A DNA stretch of 64,000 nt from Chiloscyllium plagiosum (GCF_004010195.1 NC_057740.1:27994391-28058390); one strand, 5' to 3'. Shown: positions 38,018 through 51,192, numbered from the stretch's first letter. Translations and numbers: made by a program. Notes: generated by a model not told the origin, from the letters alone.

Positions 38018-38228
38018 ATCTCAAATCAGGTGATACATTAAAGGTGTGAGGTTAGATTCTGTCTGTATCCCAATCTTGAGTCAGATTGGTTCTATTTTCA
38101 AAGTAGGAATTTATAAAATAGTGCATGGATTGACTGCCTGCAGATTGTGTGCTTTTTGAGCAAAATAGGATGTATATGCAAGTATAATTCTGCAAATGCA
38201 AATTCATCCCTTATATGTGTGTGTGCAT

Positions 38229-38260
<32 letters not shown>

Positions 38261-38364
38261 CAGAGAGAGAGTTTGAGTGTGTGCATATGAATGTGTGCAA
38301 GTGTGCGCGAGTGTGCATGAAAGACTGTGTGTTTGCATGTGTGCATGCTTAGTAAAATGTGTGT

Positions 38365-38473
38365 GTGAATGTGAGGACTGCAGATGCTGGACATTAGTGT
38401 CAAGAGTGTGATGCTGGAAAAACACAACAGGCCAGGCAGCATTTGAAGAGCAGGAGAATCTATGTTTCATCGG
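38365..38473 (-). mobile_element. PLE family A terminus nested in family D
   Basis: gtgaggactgcagatgctgg...ggcagcat...caggagaatc; TSD aaaatgtgtgt at 38354-38364 and 38474-38484. Confidence 0.8.
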
Positions 38474-38570
38474 AAAATGTGTGTTTGAGTTTGTTCAATA
38501 TATCATTTCAGTTGCATGACACTGTAATCTTTTGCTACAAATTTTGTGTCTTATGATCCTATCCCACAGC

Positions 38571-38605
38571 TACCTGATGAAGGAGCAGTGCTACGAAAGC
38601 CAGTA
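38571..38605 (+). ncRNA. Minimal hammerhead motif (family D), cleavage triplet mutated
   Basis: TAC-CTGATGA-A-GGAGC-agt-GCTAC-GAAA-GC-CA-GTA; stem I TAC/GTA. Confidence 0.45.
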
Positions 38606-39827
38606 TTTCCAAATAAACCTGTTGGACTATAACCTTCTGTTATGTGATTTTTGACATAGTTGTAAAGTTAAGGGACTCATGCACCTTTGTTCCCTGTGTA
38701 TCTCAGGAATACAAATCAATTGTATCATTCTCACTGATGGTCCAGCCAGGATAAACAGCACAACAGGAATCTTTCTGGCTGTTCATCCCTCAGCTATTGA
38801 TTCACTAAGCAATTGATGACCATGAGCTATCAGCCCAATGACTGCAACTATACCAAGCAAATATCTGCCTTCTTCACTCTCTCAGGACACATACGACTGC
38901 TAACCATTCAGAAGTGAAAATTAGTCTGTAGAACTCTGATGCAAGGAGAAACATTGTCAGGGGTTTTACAATGAAAATTGAATGATTTATAAAAATGTAA
39001 TTGATTGCAACTAAAAATATTGGTGATAGACAAAATGAAATCTTGATTGGCAGTGAAAACCAAACCACAGGGCAATAATGAGGCAATTGGCTTTTCTTTT
39101 GGAAGATGATTTGCCATGAAAGTGGACATGCTGGGTGACCAATGATGGGAATGTGGGTATTGAGGAGAAAATCCTGTGCTGAAACTTCCTGAAATAATTT
39201 GAATTTGGGTTTTATCAGTGTCATGTCCCCAGCCGAGGGTCATTTTTAAAAGATGGACTTGTTCCTAAAATCACATTTCAGAACTGTATCGGTTTTTAAC
39301 TATTAATCCTAGGAATCAGATATCATTAATCGATTATGAACTTGAATCCTTATATATCTGCAACAACATAAAACAACATGAAATGGTGATTAAAATGAGC
39401 ATAGTCAGAATGTAAACATTCAGTTCAATGAAAGCTCTTGTGTTACAGTAATAGTGTCCCCACCTCCATGCCTGGAGGCATGTCCCAGAGGTGCGTACTA
39501 ACATCACTGAACAGAGTGATTGCAAAATATGTAGAAATTTCAGTTCAGCATTTGCACCATCCCAGCTTCAATGAATCAGGCTATTGCAGAACCAAGCATA
39601 ATATGTGCAACTTTTCAAATCCGTATTATTTGTCTGTACATGATAATGTGGCTGGCCTCACTAAATGCAGTAACTGCAGTAAAGCAAAGTCCAGGAAATG
39701 TTGCGATTGTTTAGTTCACAACAAAATTTTAAAAAGAACGCTTACAGACCCAGAAATTTCTAAACCCTTTAAATCTATATATTGTTTTTTTTTACAGTCA
39801 AATGTCCAACAATGATGGTTTCGACTG

Positions 39828-39851
39828 TCTCTCTCTCTCTCTCTCTCTCTG
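39828..39851. repeat. (TC)n microsatellite
   Basis: Direct read. Confidence 0.9.
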
Positions 39852-40404
39852 CATAATGTCAAGGCACATACAAACCCAGAGTAATATGAATGTTTAAACA
39901 AGTAACCAATCTCAGAAAAAAAACAGGGCTGTTAGATGTTCAAAGACAATACAAAACAAGTAAGATTTAAATCTTTCAGGAAGTCCTACACCCTTCTCTC
40001 TGGTTATATTTATTAAGTTGCCGTTTTGTTTATTATTATACTCTTTATTCTTGGCTCCTTTTCACACGTGCACACTGCTGCTTTAGACATTGGGAATGGT
40101 TTTCTCATGCCAAGCTATCAGCACAAAATATTACACACTGACCATCCATTTGCTGAGCTCAGGTACACAAGTCATAAAGAAGTAAGAGCAAGCATCAGAC
40201 TTCAACCCCTCAAGCCTGCCCTGCCATTCAGTAAGATCATGGCTGATCTGCCCCAGACCTCAACATTTCATCTATCTATGTCCTCTTTAAACACTTGCAG
40301 TAATCTAGCCCCTGGGTCAGAGTTTCCAGACATTCACCACCCTGTGTTAGCATACTTAAAACGCACCTTCCATTTCCCTCAAATCCCTCATCCCCTCCAT
40401 ATTA

Positions 40405-40780
40405 AGGCAGCATAGTATTTCAGTGGTTAGTATGGCTGTCTCACAGTGCCAGGGACCTGGGTTCCCTTGGTTTTGGACCCGGGTTTGATTCCAAGCTTGG
40501 CCGACTCTCTGTATGGAGTTTGCACATTCTCCCTGTGCCTGCGTGGGTTTCCACTGGTTTCCTCCCCCAATTCAAAAATGTGTAGGTTAGGTGGATTGGC
40601 CATGCTAAATTACCCTTATGTCCAGGGATGTGTAGGGGTTAGTAGATTAGCCATGGGAAATGCAGGGTTACAGGGATAAGGTAGGGGGGGGATGGGTCTG
40701 GGAGGGATGCTCTTTGGAGCACTGCTGTAGACTCGATGGGCTGAATGGTCTGCTTCCACACTGTAGGGATTTTACGATAT
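40405..40780 (+). mobile_element. HE1-type V-SINE
   Basis: cagtggttag...ggagtttgcacattctccctgtg...ggattggccatgctaaatt...cttccacactgtagggatt. Confidence 0.9.
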
Positions 40781-41432
40781 TATTTTACCTATGGCTCCTC
40801 CATGCCTGCTCATAGCCATACCTCACCATGATCTCCTCAAATGTCATGTCCCTTCCATGCACCTATATAACCTTCACATCCAATCTTCAAGCATTCTTAT
40901 TGTACAGAACCAGTGAACCTTTGACGAGTCTGTCAAGTCTTTGAAATGCTCCTGAAATTGACCTAATAAGCAAAGAAGCTTTGTAACTGCTCTTTGAAAA
41001 AAAACTGCTCACCTCAGAAACTTGTAAAAGTGTCAATCAACCATAGCCATCATAGTATCAATGACAAAAACCTTTAAACTGTTTTACACCTCCTAGTCTT
41101 ACCCAAAGAAACATAGAAAAGTCTCTTTGAAGTAATAAAGATGCCAATCATGCAAAGTTAACACTCCAATGTATAAATTGACGTTAGCTGAGCTGAGTCC
41201 ATTAAACCATTCCTGGAGTTCAGCCCAACGTAGCTAATGTGGCCGTCTGCTGATTGTACTTGTGAGGCAAAAAGGAGAACTTCACTCCTGGCCCACACAA
41301 AAATAATTCACAAACTTACCTTCACTGGCCTCCTAAACTGACCATGGAAACGATTCAATGTTCGGTTTGGACCTGAATTATGATGAGTCTGATTTACAAG
41401 TTAAAATGTACTTGGCACCAGATAAAAGGACA

Positions 41433-41602
41433 GCGTCCATGGAGAGAGAGCAGGCTAATGGTTCGAGTCTACATGACTTGATGAAGAGTCATGTGGGCTC
41501 AAAATGTTAGCTGCTCTCTCTCCACGGATGCTGTCTGACCTGCTATGATCTCCAGCATTTGTGGTTTTCAGTACAGATTCGAGCATCTGCACTAATTTGC
41601 TG
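41433..41602. mobile_element. Fold-back PLE mini-element (family B), 15-bp TSD
   Basis: Arms tccatggagagagagcaggctaa / ttagctgctctctctccacgga; TSD ccagataaaaggaca at 41418-41432 and 41603-41617. Confidence 0.85.
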
Positions 41603-43069
41603 CCAGATAAAAGGACATGCTCTGGCTGCTTGGCAGGAGCTTCCTGTCGAAATGAGCACTTTCAGTGTTCTTTAGGTCATGAATGGCCAAACCTCCCTAA
41701 TCCTGGACTTGTTGTTTGTACTGAAGAAAAAAAAATCTGCCCCAATATTTCTAATATCTCATTCTTTCGTTTGACCGAGATGTCCAATTCTGCTCATCTC
41801 CTTAGCATTTTAACTTCTAAATGAACCTTTGCATTGTGCTACATTACATAATTTGATAACTTTATTTCCTTTACAAAAAATAAAATGTAGATAAAACTGA
41901 ACATCAAATGCTAAATAAAGCACCAAGAGTTATAAGTATCAACAAAACACCTGGATAACAGCCTGTGAGGGCAAGGATAAAGAGGACGGCTTTGTTATGC
42001 CTTGATCTGTCCGTTCTAAAGATTTCACTAAAATCCATTTAAGAGGGCTTTGTGGATTCAATTGTACAGAATCTGTGCTGACCTGGATGTCTGTCTTGCC
42101 ACATTGTTGAAGAGTGATGACACACATGTGCACGGTATTAAATCATATGATGGCACACTGTCTGCAAAGAGTCATTTTAGTTCCAAATTGCTCAGACTGG
42201 TGGTGTTTCCATGGCAAATAACTTGGAGTCTTTACAAACTGCTGCAGGCTTTAAACAAAACCAAGATTGGATCTGCAACTACTGAAAGACAGCTGCAAAC
42301 AACATCAGTGACCAACAGAAGGTGGGGGGGGGGGGGGGGTGCTCCCCCCCTCCACAAAATGCTGACCACTTTCTGGAAACTTTTCCACCAGCGACACTGT
42401 GATAGTGAGTCATGACCTGATAAATTAATCCATTTAAATGGCCATTTAACAGATTAGTTAGGAAATACTGAACATCCCGTGCATAGCAGCTGATTATTAA
42501 TTTGTTGCATTTCATCCATATTTATAAAAGATTTTTTTTTAAAAAGCAGTCATTTATTTGATTGCAGCCATTAGCTTTGAAGAGATCAATAATTCTCCTT
42601 TGTTTTGGAAATATTGATGGGTGATTTACAAACATAGTAAACTCGATATTGTGGGTGTTACCCCATTTTAATTCTGTTTTCACTGCTCTCTTTTGTTTTA
42701 AGGTTATCCTAAATCCCAATTCCAATCAATATTGCCAATGAGGAGACTAATGTGGAGCTTGCAGCTTGGAGGTGAGCAAGAAAACTGTGAGATAATTCAC
42801 CCATCAATTTTCCCGTGGCCCCACTTGTGTAGAAACATCCCATCTCACATCCTGCACCTCCCTTGATTACTGGGCGGTGGCTCTTCACTCTGAACATCCT
42901 CTGACAGCTGGGCAGAAATGTGGAAACTCAGTATTTGCAAAGCATTGGGTGTGGACCCAGAGCCTACCCAGCATACAGATTGGAGACTTCAGGGTTGGAG
43001 TGAATTTTCTCTCAGCTAAGTGTCATAAGTGAGCTGTCGACACCTAGAAAACAAACTCATTTCAAGAAA

Positions 43070-43238
43070 ACAAAATGAAAGAATTGCGGATGCTGGAGAT
43101 CTGAAACAAGAACAGAAATTGCTGGCGAAACTTAGCAAGTCTGACAGCATCTGTGGGCAGAAAGCAGAGTTAATCTGTTGGGTCTTCATGAGGCACTGCC
43201 AGACCTCCTCAATCTCACCAGCAATTTCTGATTTAATG
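43070..43238. mobile_element. Fold-back PLE terminus (family C)
   Basis: cagaaattgctgg / ccagcaatttctg arms; possible TSD tcaagaaa. Confidence 0.7.
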
Positions 43239-43249
43239 TCAAGAAATGC

Positions 43250-43546
43250 TAGTGGCTCAGTGGTTAGCACAGCTGCCTCACAACACCAGGGTCCCACGTT
43301 TGATTCCAGCCTTGGGTGACTGTCTGTGTGGAGTTTGCACATTCTCCCTGTGTCTGTGTGGGCTGGCTCCGGTTTACTCCCACAGTCCAAAGATGTGCAT
43401 GGTGAATTGGCCATGCTAAATTGCCCATAGTGTTAGGTGCATTAGTCAAAGGGAAATGGGTCTGAGTGGGTTACTCTTCGGAGGGTCAGTGTGGACTGGT
43501 TGGGCCGAAGGGCCTGTTTCCATGCTGTAGGGAATCTAAATCTAAA
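43250..43546 (+). mobile_element. HE1-type V-SINE
   Basis: gtggctcagtggttagcac...V-domain...gggccgaagggcctgtttcc...gaatctaaatcta. Confidence 0.92.
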
Positions 43547-43811
43547 TTTTAAAAATCTTGTGTTAATGACCTCTCATTTCCATATATACTTAGCCAGTGG
43601 CAGGAAACATGCCAATACCAATATCGACTGACAAAAGGTTGTAATGACTCTATCCAAGGTAACCAGTAACTGGTTTCTTAAATATTGAAAACCTCCACTT
43701 TGATATTCATTCCTTGTGGAAAAAAGAATTAAAACCAGATGGGGTGCTTGCTACAGTAAATGCTGTTTGATTCCTAATGATTTTCTTTTACCGCTGCCTA
43801 ATTTATAAGAT

Positions 43812-44072
43812 GAACATAAGAACCACAAGCAGGAGTAGGCCATCTGGCCCTTCGAGCCTGCTCCGCCATTCAATAAGATCATGGCTGATCTTTTCATGGA
43901 CTCAGCTCCACTTCTCTGCCCACTCCCTGTAAATCCTTAATTCCTTTACTGACCTTTGTTTTGGAAGCATTCAACAGGGTAGCCTCAGCTGTTTCACTGG
44001 TGGACAGGTCCACAGATTCACACCCCTTTGGGTGAAGATATTCCAAAATTTGCTCCCCCTTACTTTGAGGTT
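43812..44072 (-). mobile_element. CR1 3' end running into the gap
   Basis: gaacataagaac...gcaggagtaggccatctggcccttcgagcctgctccgccattcaataagatcatggctgatc. Confidence 0.85.
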
Positions 44073-44572
44073 NNNNNNNNNNNNNNNNNNNNNNNNNNNN
44101 NNNNNNNNNNNNNNNNNNNNNNNNNNNNNNNNNNNNNNNNNNNNNNNNNNNNNNNNNNNNNNNNNNNNNNNNNNNNNNNNNNNNNNNNNNNNNNNNNNNN
44201 NNNNNNNNNNNNNNNNNNNNNNNNNNNNNNNNNNNNNNNNNNNNNNNNNNNNNNNNNNNNNNNNNNNNNNNNNNNNNNNNNNNNNNNNNNNNNNNNNNNN
44301 NNNNNNNNNNNNNNNNNNNNNNNNNNNNNNNNNNNNNNNNNNNNNNNNNNNNNNNNNNNNNNNNNNNNNNNNNNNNNNNNNNNNNNNNNNNNNNNNNNNN
44401 NNNNNNNNNNNNNNNNNNNNNNNNNNNNNNNNNNNNNNNNNNNNNNNNNNNNNNNNNNNNNNNNNNNNNNNNNNNNNNNNNNNNNNNNNNNNNNNNNNNN
44501 NNNNNNNNNNNNNNNNNNNNNNNNNNNNNNNNNNNNNNNNNNNNNNNNNNNNNNNNNNNNNNNNNNNNNNNN
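44073..44572. other. Assembly gap (500 N)
   Basis: Run of N. Confidence 1.
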
Positions 44573-44978
44573 ATTTTTGGATTGCTGCAGGGGTCGTACC
44601 TGCTTGAAGAGTATATGAGTGATGGATCCTGCATTCAGTACTGCATCATAGAGGTTTGAGAGAGTCAGGTACGCTCAAACAGGCCCCAGTAAGGGAGGGA
44701 GGTGTTTGTTATTGAGGACAGGCAGCACCATTGCTACACAGATGAATAGTGGCATGGTGTCTCATCTGGGAGTCAAAGCATTACTGAACATAGGAGCACA
44801 ATGAGCCCATTAGGAAGTTGTGAGGCATAACTAGACTATCACCCCATGAACTCTTCTGCTTCCCAGCCTGGTTAACCTGGCCCATAGTCTAGTTTCTATG
44901 TATCATGATGATACTAAATTGCATTCCTATAATCTCCCAACATAAAAAAAGTCACCAAATATTTCAAAATTCAAATTG

Positions 44979-45263
44979 AGGGTGGCATGGTAGCTCAGTG
45001 GTTAGCATTGCAGTCTCACAGTACCAGGGAGCTGGGTTCGATTCTAGCCTCGAGCGACTGTCTGTGTGGAGTTTGCACATTCTCCCCGTGTCTGCATGAG
45101 TTTCCTCCCACAGTCCAAAGATGTGCAGGTCAGATGAATTGGCCATTCTAAATTGCCCATGGTGTTAGGTGCATGAGTCAGAGGGAAATGGGTCTGGGTG
45201 GGTTATTCTTTGGAGGGTTGGTGGGGCCCAATGGCCTGTTTTCACACTGTAGGGAATCTAATC
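44979..45263 (+). mobile_element. HE1-type V-SINE
   Basis: Head, V-domain, tail gggaatctaatc. Confidence 0.92.
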
Positions 45264-45811
45264 ACTAAAAGAAAATACAGGGGAATGTATGTTGAGTCAC
45301 AATGGAATGATGAAGATATCTGACTAAAGGGCTGAGATTATAAATTCATTCAGAAAGAAGATCTATATTTTAGTCGACTGGAAATTATATGGTCCATTTT
45401 GTCCATTTGAAGCTCCATATACACATACCAACAGTAGAATGCTGCTAAGAAAAGAAAAAGGTTTGAATTTTACCAGAAACTGGCTGAGTGAGAATCTTGA
45501 TGAGTTTCATGGAGATTTTCATTGAAAGTCAAATGAAGGAAATTGAATATTGACTGTGCAGTTTCACAATGATTCTAATACTCCTGTAATATCCAGAATG
45601 ACTGGTCAGAGTTTAAGGATGTCGGAGTAGGCCATATAGGACTGAGATGAGGAGAAATGTCTTCACCCAGAGAGTGGTGAGCCTGTGGAATTCTTAGCCA
45701 CAGCAAGCGGTTGATCTCAAAACATTGAATGTTTCAAGAAGGAGTTAGATACAGTTCTTAGGGCTAAAGGGATTGCAGGGTATGGGGAGATGGTGGTGGA
45801 ATTGAGGCTCA

Positions 45812-46465
45812 TTTGCTCAGACTGCTTTTCTTTTCTTGTTTTGCTCTTTTCCCTTCTTTTTCCTTTGCTTACTTCTTGTCTCAGCTTGAACGGCATCAGC
45901 AGTGAAGAGGGATCCCAACATGGACTCTTGCCATCGGCAAGTGAGCCCAGAGTGGCCTCGAGCGAGCTCTTCCTAACTTTTCCGGGGTGAGCACAGAATT
46001 AGAATTGGCCACTGCTACGTCGGAAATAAACATCAGCATGGTAGGCCCAGTGGCAAACGATGGTGCCTGAGGATTGGCGACCTCGTCGTTGGCAATGGCA
46101 GTGGCAGAGGGCATCACAGCAGCAGTGACTGATGCAACTCTGACGTTGGTCCAGCACAGGCATGTTGGTGGCGAAGGAGAATCTGCCCAGCGGTGAGAAC
46201 TGGTGCCTGAAGAATGGTGACTTCAGTGTTGGTTGAGTCTGGGGTAGACAGCAGCGAGATGTTGGAGGACATATGACGATGTAGGCACTACTGATGATGA
46301 GCTGGCTCAGGATGGATGGACCCCTTTTATCTTTCTATTTTTTTCCCTTATTCTTAAACTATTCAAACGGTGGTGGATCATGGTGAAAGTGGAAAAGCTT
46401 TTCACTGTAATTTATGGTTTTTCTCACTGCACAATACACGTGACAATAAAATTATTCATTCATTT
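45812..46465 (+). mobile_element. Non-coding element with a Rex1-type 3' tail
   Basis: Tail aagcttttcactgt...cacgtgacaataaa...(ttca)n resembles the Rex1 tail at 27871; the body has no RT ORF. Confidence 0.45.
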
Positions 46466-46513
46466 GAAAGTTGGAACACGATAATGAATTAGATGAATAA
46501 TCATGATCATATT

Positions 46514-46910
46514 AGAGTCATAGAGATGTACAGCATGGAAACAGACCGTTTGGTCCAACTTGTCCATGCTGACCAGATATCCCAACCTAATCTAAGTCCC
46601 ACTTGCCAGCACTTGGCCCATATCCCTTAAAACCCTTCCTATTCATATACCCATCCAGATGCCTTTTAAATGGGTGCAATTGTACTAATCTCCACCACTT
46701 CCTCTGGCAGCTAAGTTCACACACGTGCCACCCTTTGTGTGAAAAGGTTGTCCCTTAGGTCCCTTTTAAATCTTTCCCCTCTCACCTTAAACTTATGCCC
46801 TTAGTTCTGGACTCCCCCGCCCCAGTGAAAAGACCTTGTCTATTTATTCTATCCATACCCCTCATGATTTTATAAACCTCTGTAAGGTCACCTCTCAGCC
46901 TCCGATGCTG
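46514..46910 (-). mobile_element. Young CR1 3' end
   Basis: QHRRLRGDLTEVYKIMRGMDRINRQGLF; tail ctctatgactct. Confidence 0.93.
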
Positions 46911-47112
46911 CATTGAACAGCAGAGGTAACTCAAAGGGATGAAAGGCCTATTCTTGCTCCTGTTTTCTATGTGTCTATTGCCCATCAGGGGAGAAGGAGG
47001 TCAATTTCGAATAGCTTCCATCTGCAGTTCCACTTGACGGCAGAACTAACACCAGGATTACACAGTCAAGAGGAACAAACCCTTCTGCTTGACATATTAC
47101 CAACCCTTTAAA

Positions 47113-47180
47113 AACACAACTTGCATTTATACAGTGCTTTTCATGTAGCAAAACATCCCAAGGTGCTTCATAGCAGTGTA
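47113..47180 (-). mobile_element. L2-type 3' tail
   Basis: Reverse complement tgaagcaccttgggatgttttgctacatgaaaagcactgtataaatgcaagttgtg. Confidence 0.6.
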
Positions 47181-49886
47181 TTATAAGTGAGATGCACAAA
47201 TCCAAAACATCGACAACAAGATCTCCAGAAAAACAAGGCCAATAATTTGCTGTCGGGTTTAACCAGTTCTGTTCAGGGAAATGAATATTGAGAATTGATT
47301 CCACCATTTGCAAAACTCCAATATGTAGTGTGTCTTAAACATTTTAGGCTGACATGTTTGCAGCAGCCAATGCCAAATGCAACAGGAATAGAGAATGTAT
47401 TGAGGCCATCCTCCCCAAATAACTTCAGAAGTAGCATTAACATATATAAAAAGCTTGAATAAATGTGCAGCAACAGTCTGCTCCTCCAGTTATTATTTGA
47501 TTCTAAGGAGAAGCTTTGCATGTACCACATGTTGAACTTTGCTTGCTGACCAACCAGTAAGGAAATTTGGGCTTCTATAGCCCATTCCAGTGATGAATGG
47601 GTAGAAGCATTCTGATGTCCTAACTGTCTAAAACTGTGTCTCTGTTAATAACAAAACCTAGTAAAATCTTGTGCACTTGTATCAAAGCTGTGAGAAGTGT
47701 TTTCTGCGAATGTGAAGATTTACTTGGATACTGACAGTTTAAAATGTTATGTTCTAGGTGTACAATAAGGCATGAAATGTCAGCAATCAATTTAATATTA
47801 TACAATTAAGGACTAGTTACTAAGGTAGATGATATCCTGCTACAATAGATTAATCCTTAACATGTTCAATATCCTTCTTACCACCATCTTTTATTGGACC
47901 TAACACAAATTGTCTTGTGCTTAAAATACCCCGATCACACCCTGCCTTGTACAAAATTACACTCATTGCTTCATTGCAATGACCACCACTCATCAAACTG
48001 ACATCAAAAGTTTTGTCCAGTTCTAAAATCTCTCCCTGTCTTCTGGCCTGAAGTTTACTCTATTACAGCTCTGCTTTTCTGACAATGAGTCATTATGCAA
48101 TCCTGCTTCCTCCAGTTGTCGTCAGTACAGCATTACAGACATCATCCATCTTCACCACACACACTCCACACTTCCTCTCTCTTTCTTTCTCTGTCTAACC
48201 CATTCCACTTTGTTTCCTCTGTTCATGTTTGCGTCAAGCCTTTTTTCTCACTCTGGCTTCAGTAACTCCCCACCAGAACTGTAAAGCACTTTAGACCATT
48301 TCACTACACTGAAGATTTTATCCAGCCAGATACTTTTTGCAAACTCACAGAGTTGTTAATGTTAATAGTGCTCGAAATTATGTCTGTGTGAGTGGTACAC
48401 AAAGCTACACATGAAGGAGGATGTTCAAATTTTCAAAAGTTGCTGTCTTATTTATGCTGTACTATCTTTAGCATCACAAAATTGATGAATATTGTGTTGT
48501 CTACCTTATCTTTGACATTTTTGAATGGAATGAAATTGCTATATTTGCACGGGGTGATGCAAACTAAACTCACTGCAGAGGCGAAGGGCTAGAGGTTAAT
48601 AGTGGAAGTATCATTAATGATATACTAGTTATTAATTATTGCCAATCAGCCTCTCTAGTACTGCAAGTTAACTATTACAAGTTTGGCATTTCATTCATTC
48701 AAGTATTAACTGTTCTTTGAAAAATGCCAAATTTGAAAAGAAATTATATTAGTTTCTTTGCCCCTTTCTTTCTCTCATGCATTTCTTCTCTGGAACTGAT
48801 TGGTCACTGAATTTAACCAGTCAAACTTGCATTTCAGTCTTTGCCTCACCTCTGTTCATTTCACTGTCCTTTAATCTGTTCGGTTGACGAGAGGCACAGT
48901 TTGGTTGCATCATTCGCTCTGACCCTGAATGTCCTGTTCCTTTCAATTTGCTGTTTGTTGCCCACTACAACAAAATCTAGGCATTGTTGAATATTAGATG
49001 AGACATTCCAGAAATCACATTAGAGGAGGCTAACACAACACTGTGAATGACTTTTGAAGTAGTGCCGAGGAAGACTGGGTTTTGATGAAGAGGACGGTAG
49101 TGAATTGTAATATATAATCATTACATGGTTTATGTCTACTTATCCACAGTGTCTTTTTGAAAATCTCTTGTGCTCAATGAAACAAAAGAGGCAGATATAT
49201 ACAGTGTGTGGGAGTGAGTTAAGACGATCAACAGGGAGGATTAAATCTCCTAATGTGTTATTTTTCTTTATAGTTGTGAAAAAAAACTATTCATTGGATC
49301 TTAACAGCATTGTCTGGCTCTTAAAATAAGCTTTGAATTTATGCTTCATTCAACTCCCAGTCTGATTCATGTAAGCTGTACGCGCTTCTACGATAGCTGT
49401 CATCTGACAGGTAATGTGGGAGCATCTGCACTAAATGTTACTTTTCTGCATCTTCACTCAAGCAGGAGTGGTTTTCCTAAATGATAGTTGGGGTCGGATG
49501 TTGTGGGTAGGGGAAAGGAAGGGTAACCACTGTATTACAGCAAAATATTGCATGCCAGATGCCTTCTTATCTGAAAACACTAGAATCAAAGGCAATCACA
49601 CCTTGTCTGTAGGCTAAGAGCATTGTGTCCTCGTACCTAGCACCCAGTAATGATGTACAGACTGCTGTTAGTGTGTTGATATGGAAATAATCCTAGGTGT
49701 CTGTTATGGAATAGTAACTCCATGCTATTGGAACATGTCATGGAAAAACACTGGTATTTAAAATTCATCTTATCACATGTCTTAAGTCTCAAATAAATGC
49801 ACACAATGAATTGTTTTATATTGATATGATTCTATCCCTGTCCTCTTCAAATCTGGTCATTCCCAAAATTAATCACTACAGCTGTT

Positions 49887-50975
49887 GAGGACTTGGTGGT
49901 GCAATGGTAAATGTATCGGACTATAAATCCTGAGAGAAAGTGAGGACTGCAGATGCTGGAGATCAGAGCTGAAAAATGTGTTGCTGGAAAAGCGCAGCAG
50001 GTCAGGCAGCATCCAAGGAGTAGGAGAATCGATGTTTCAGGCATAAGCCCTTCTTCAGGAATGGGGAAGGTGTGCCAAGCAGGCTAAGATAAAAGGTAGA
50101 GAGGAGGGACTTGAGAGAGGGGCGTTGGGAATGCGATAGATGGAAGGAGGTTAAGGTGAGGGTGATAGGCCAGAGAGGGGGTGGGGCGGAGAAGTCGGGA
50201 AGAAGATTGCAGGTCAAGAAGGCGGTGCTGAGTCCGACTGAGATAAGGTGGGGGGAGGGGAAATGAGGAAGCTGGAGAAATCTTCATTCATCCCTTGTGG
50301 TTGGAGGGTTCCTAGGCAGAAGATGAGGCACTCTTCCTCCAGGCGTCATGTTGCCATGGTCTGGCGATGGAGGAGGCCAAGGACCTGCATGTCCTTGTGG
50401 AGTGGGAGGGGGAATTAAAGTGTTCAGCCATGGGGCGGTTCGGTTGGTTGGTGCAGGTGTCCCAGAGGTGTTCTCTGAAACGTTCCACAAGTAGGCGGCC
50501 TGTCTCCCCAATGTATAGGAGGCCACATTGGGTGCAGCGGATGCAGTAAATGATGTGTGTGGAGGTGCAGGTGAATTTGTGATGGAAATATTTCCCTCCT
50601 CTCCCCTATCAGCGTTCCGGAAAGACCACTCTCTCCGCGATTCCCTCGTCAGGTCCATACCCCCCACCAACTCAACCTCCACTCCCAGCACCTTCCCATG
50701 CAAGAAATGCAAAACTTGCGCCCACACCTCCCCCCTCACTTCCCTCCAAGGCCCCAAGGGATCCTTCAATATCCGTCACAAATAGAAGTCCGTTAAGGAA
50801 AGAAATAGCTCATCCTTACCCAGTCTGCGCCATAAATGACGTCATACACAAAGCAACATGGTTGACTTTTAATTACCCACTGAAATGGCTGACCAAGACA
50901 CTCAAGTGCAACAAAGGATAGGGAACAAGTGGCAATGACAACCAGATCCCATGAATGAATAAAAATAAAAGGAAA
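49887..50975 (+). mobile_element. SINE family 2 interrupted by a Penelope insertion
   Basis: Head ggtggtgcaatggtaaatgtatcggactataaatcc at 49887-49931; core and tail resume at about 50785 and end atcccatgaatgaataaaaa. Confidence 0.7.
49932..50783 (-). mobile_element. Penelope-like element (family A) with GIY-YIG endonuclease and 5' inversion
   Basis: Minus strand HKFTCTSTHIIYCIRCTQCGLLYIGETGRLLVERFREH; plus-strand 50582-50783 encodes the preceding segment AFRKDHSLRDSLVRS...PCKKCKTC...IRHK; hammerhead core at about 50030-50060. Confidence 0.92.
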
Positions 50976-50999
50976 TTAGTGGCCATGCTATCAGACATT

Positions 51000-51192
51000 G
51001 ACCTCTGTTCTGGAGTTTGGTCTGTAAACTTCTTTCTCATCCTCCTTTAAAATGCTCAATCAAACCTGTCCCACTGACTAAGTTTTTGATCATCTCTCCA
51101 ACTATTGTCTTGTGTGTTTCAGTGGTATACCTTAGCAAGTAACACTCTTATGAACTTTGGAATGTCTCACTCCTTTTAAAGTACTATATAAT
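51000..51192 (+). mobile_element. L2-like 3' end
   Basis: ctcctttaaaatgctc...gactaagtttttgatca...tgaactttggaatgtc...ttaaagtactatataa. Confidence 0.5.

Larger units (their letters stand above)
38018..38655. mobile_element. PLE family D fragment with (GA)/(GT) microsatellite, apparently partly inverted
   Basis: Ends tacCTGATGAaggagcagtgctacGAAAgccagta...aaataaacctgttggactataacc; related copies at 53458, 55701 and 62511. Confidence 0.7.
45610..46978 (+). mobile_element. Older CR1 3' end split into three pieces by two nested insertions
   Basis: Pieces at about 45610-45805, 46470-46513 and 46911-46978 join into one CR1 3' UTR ending ttctatgtgtctat. Confidence 0.65.

Noticed and set aside
39438-39815. 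125-aa Cys-rich ORF with a possible acceptor
   Set aside because: No recognisable domain spacing and no clear donor; consistent with chance.
41319-41371. Possible 53-nt minus-strand exon (cag|GT...AAG|gtaagt)
   Set aside because: Weak polypyrimidine tract, unrecognised peptide and no partner exons.
43250-43320. tRNA-like sequences
   Set aside because: These are SINE heads followed by V-domains, not tRNA genes.
43894-44634. Long ORFs of 191-246 aa
   Set aside because: Artefacts of the 500-N gap.
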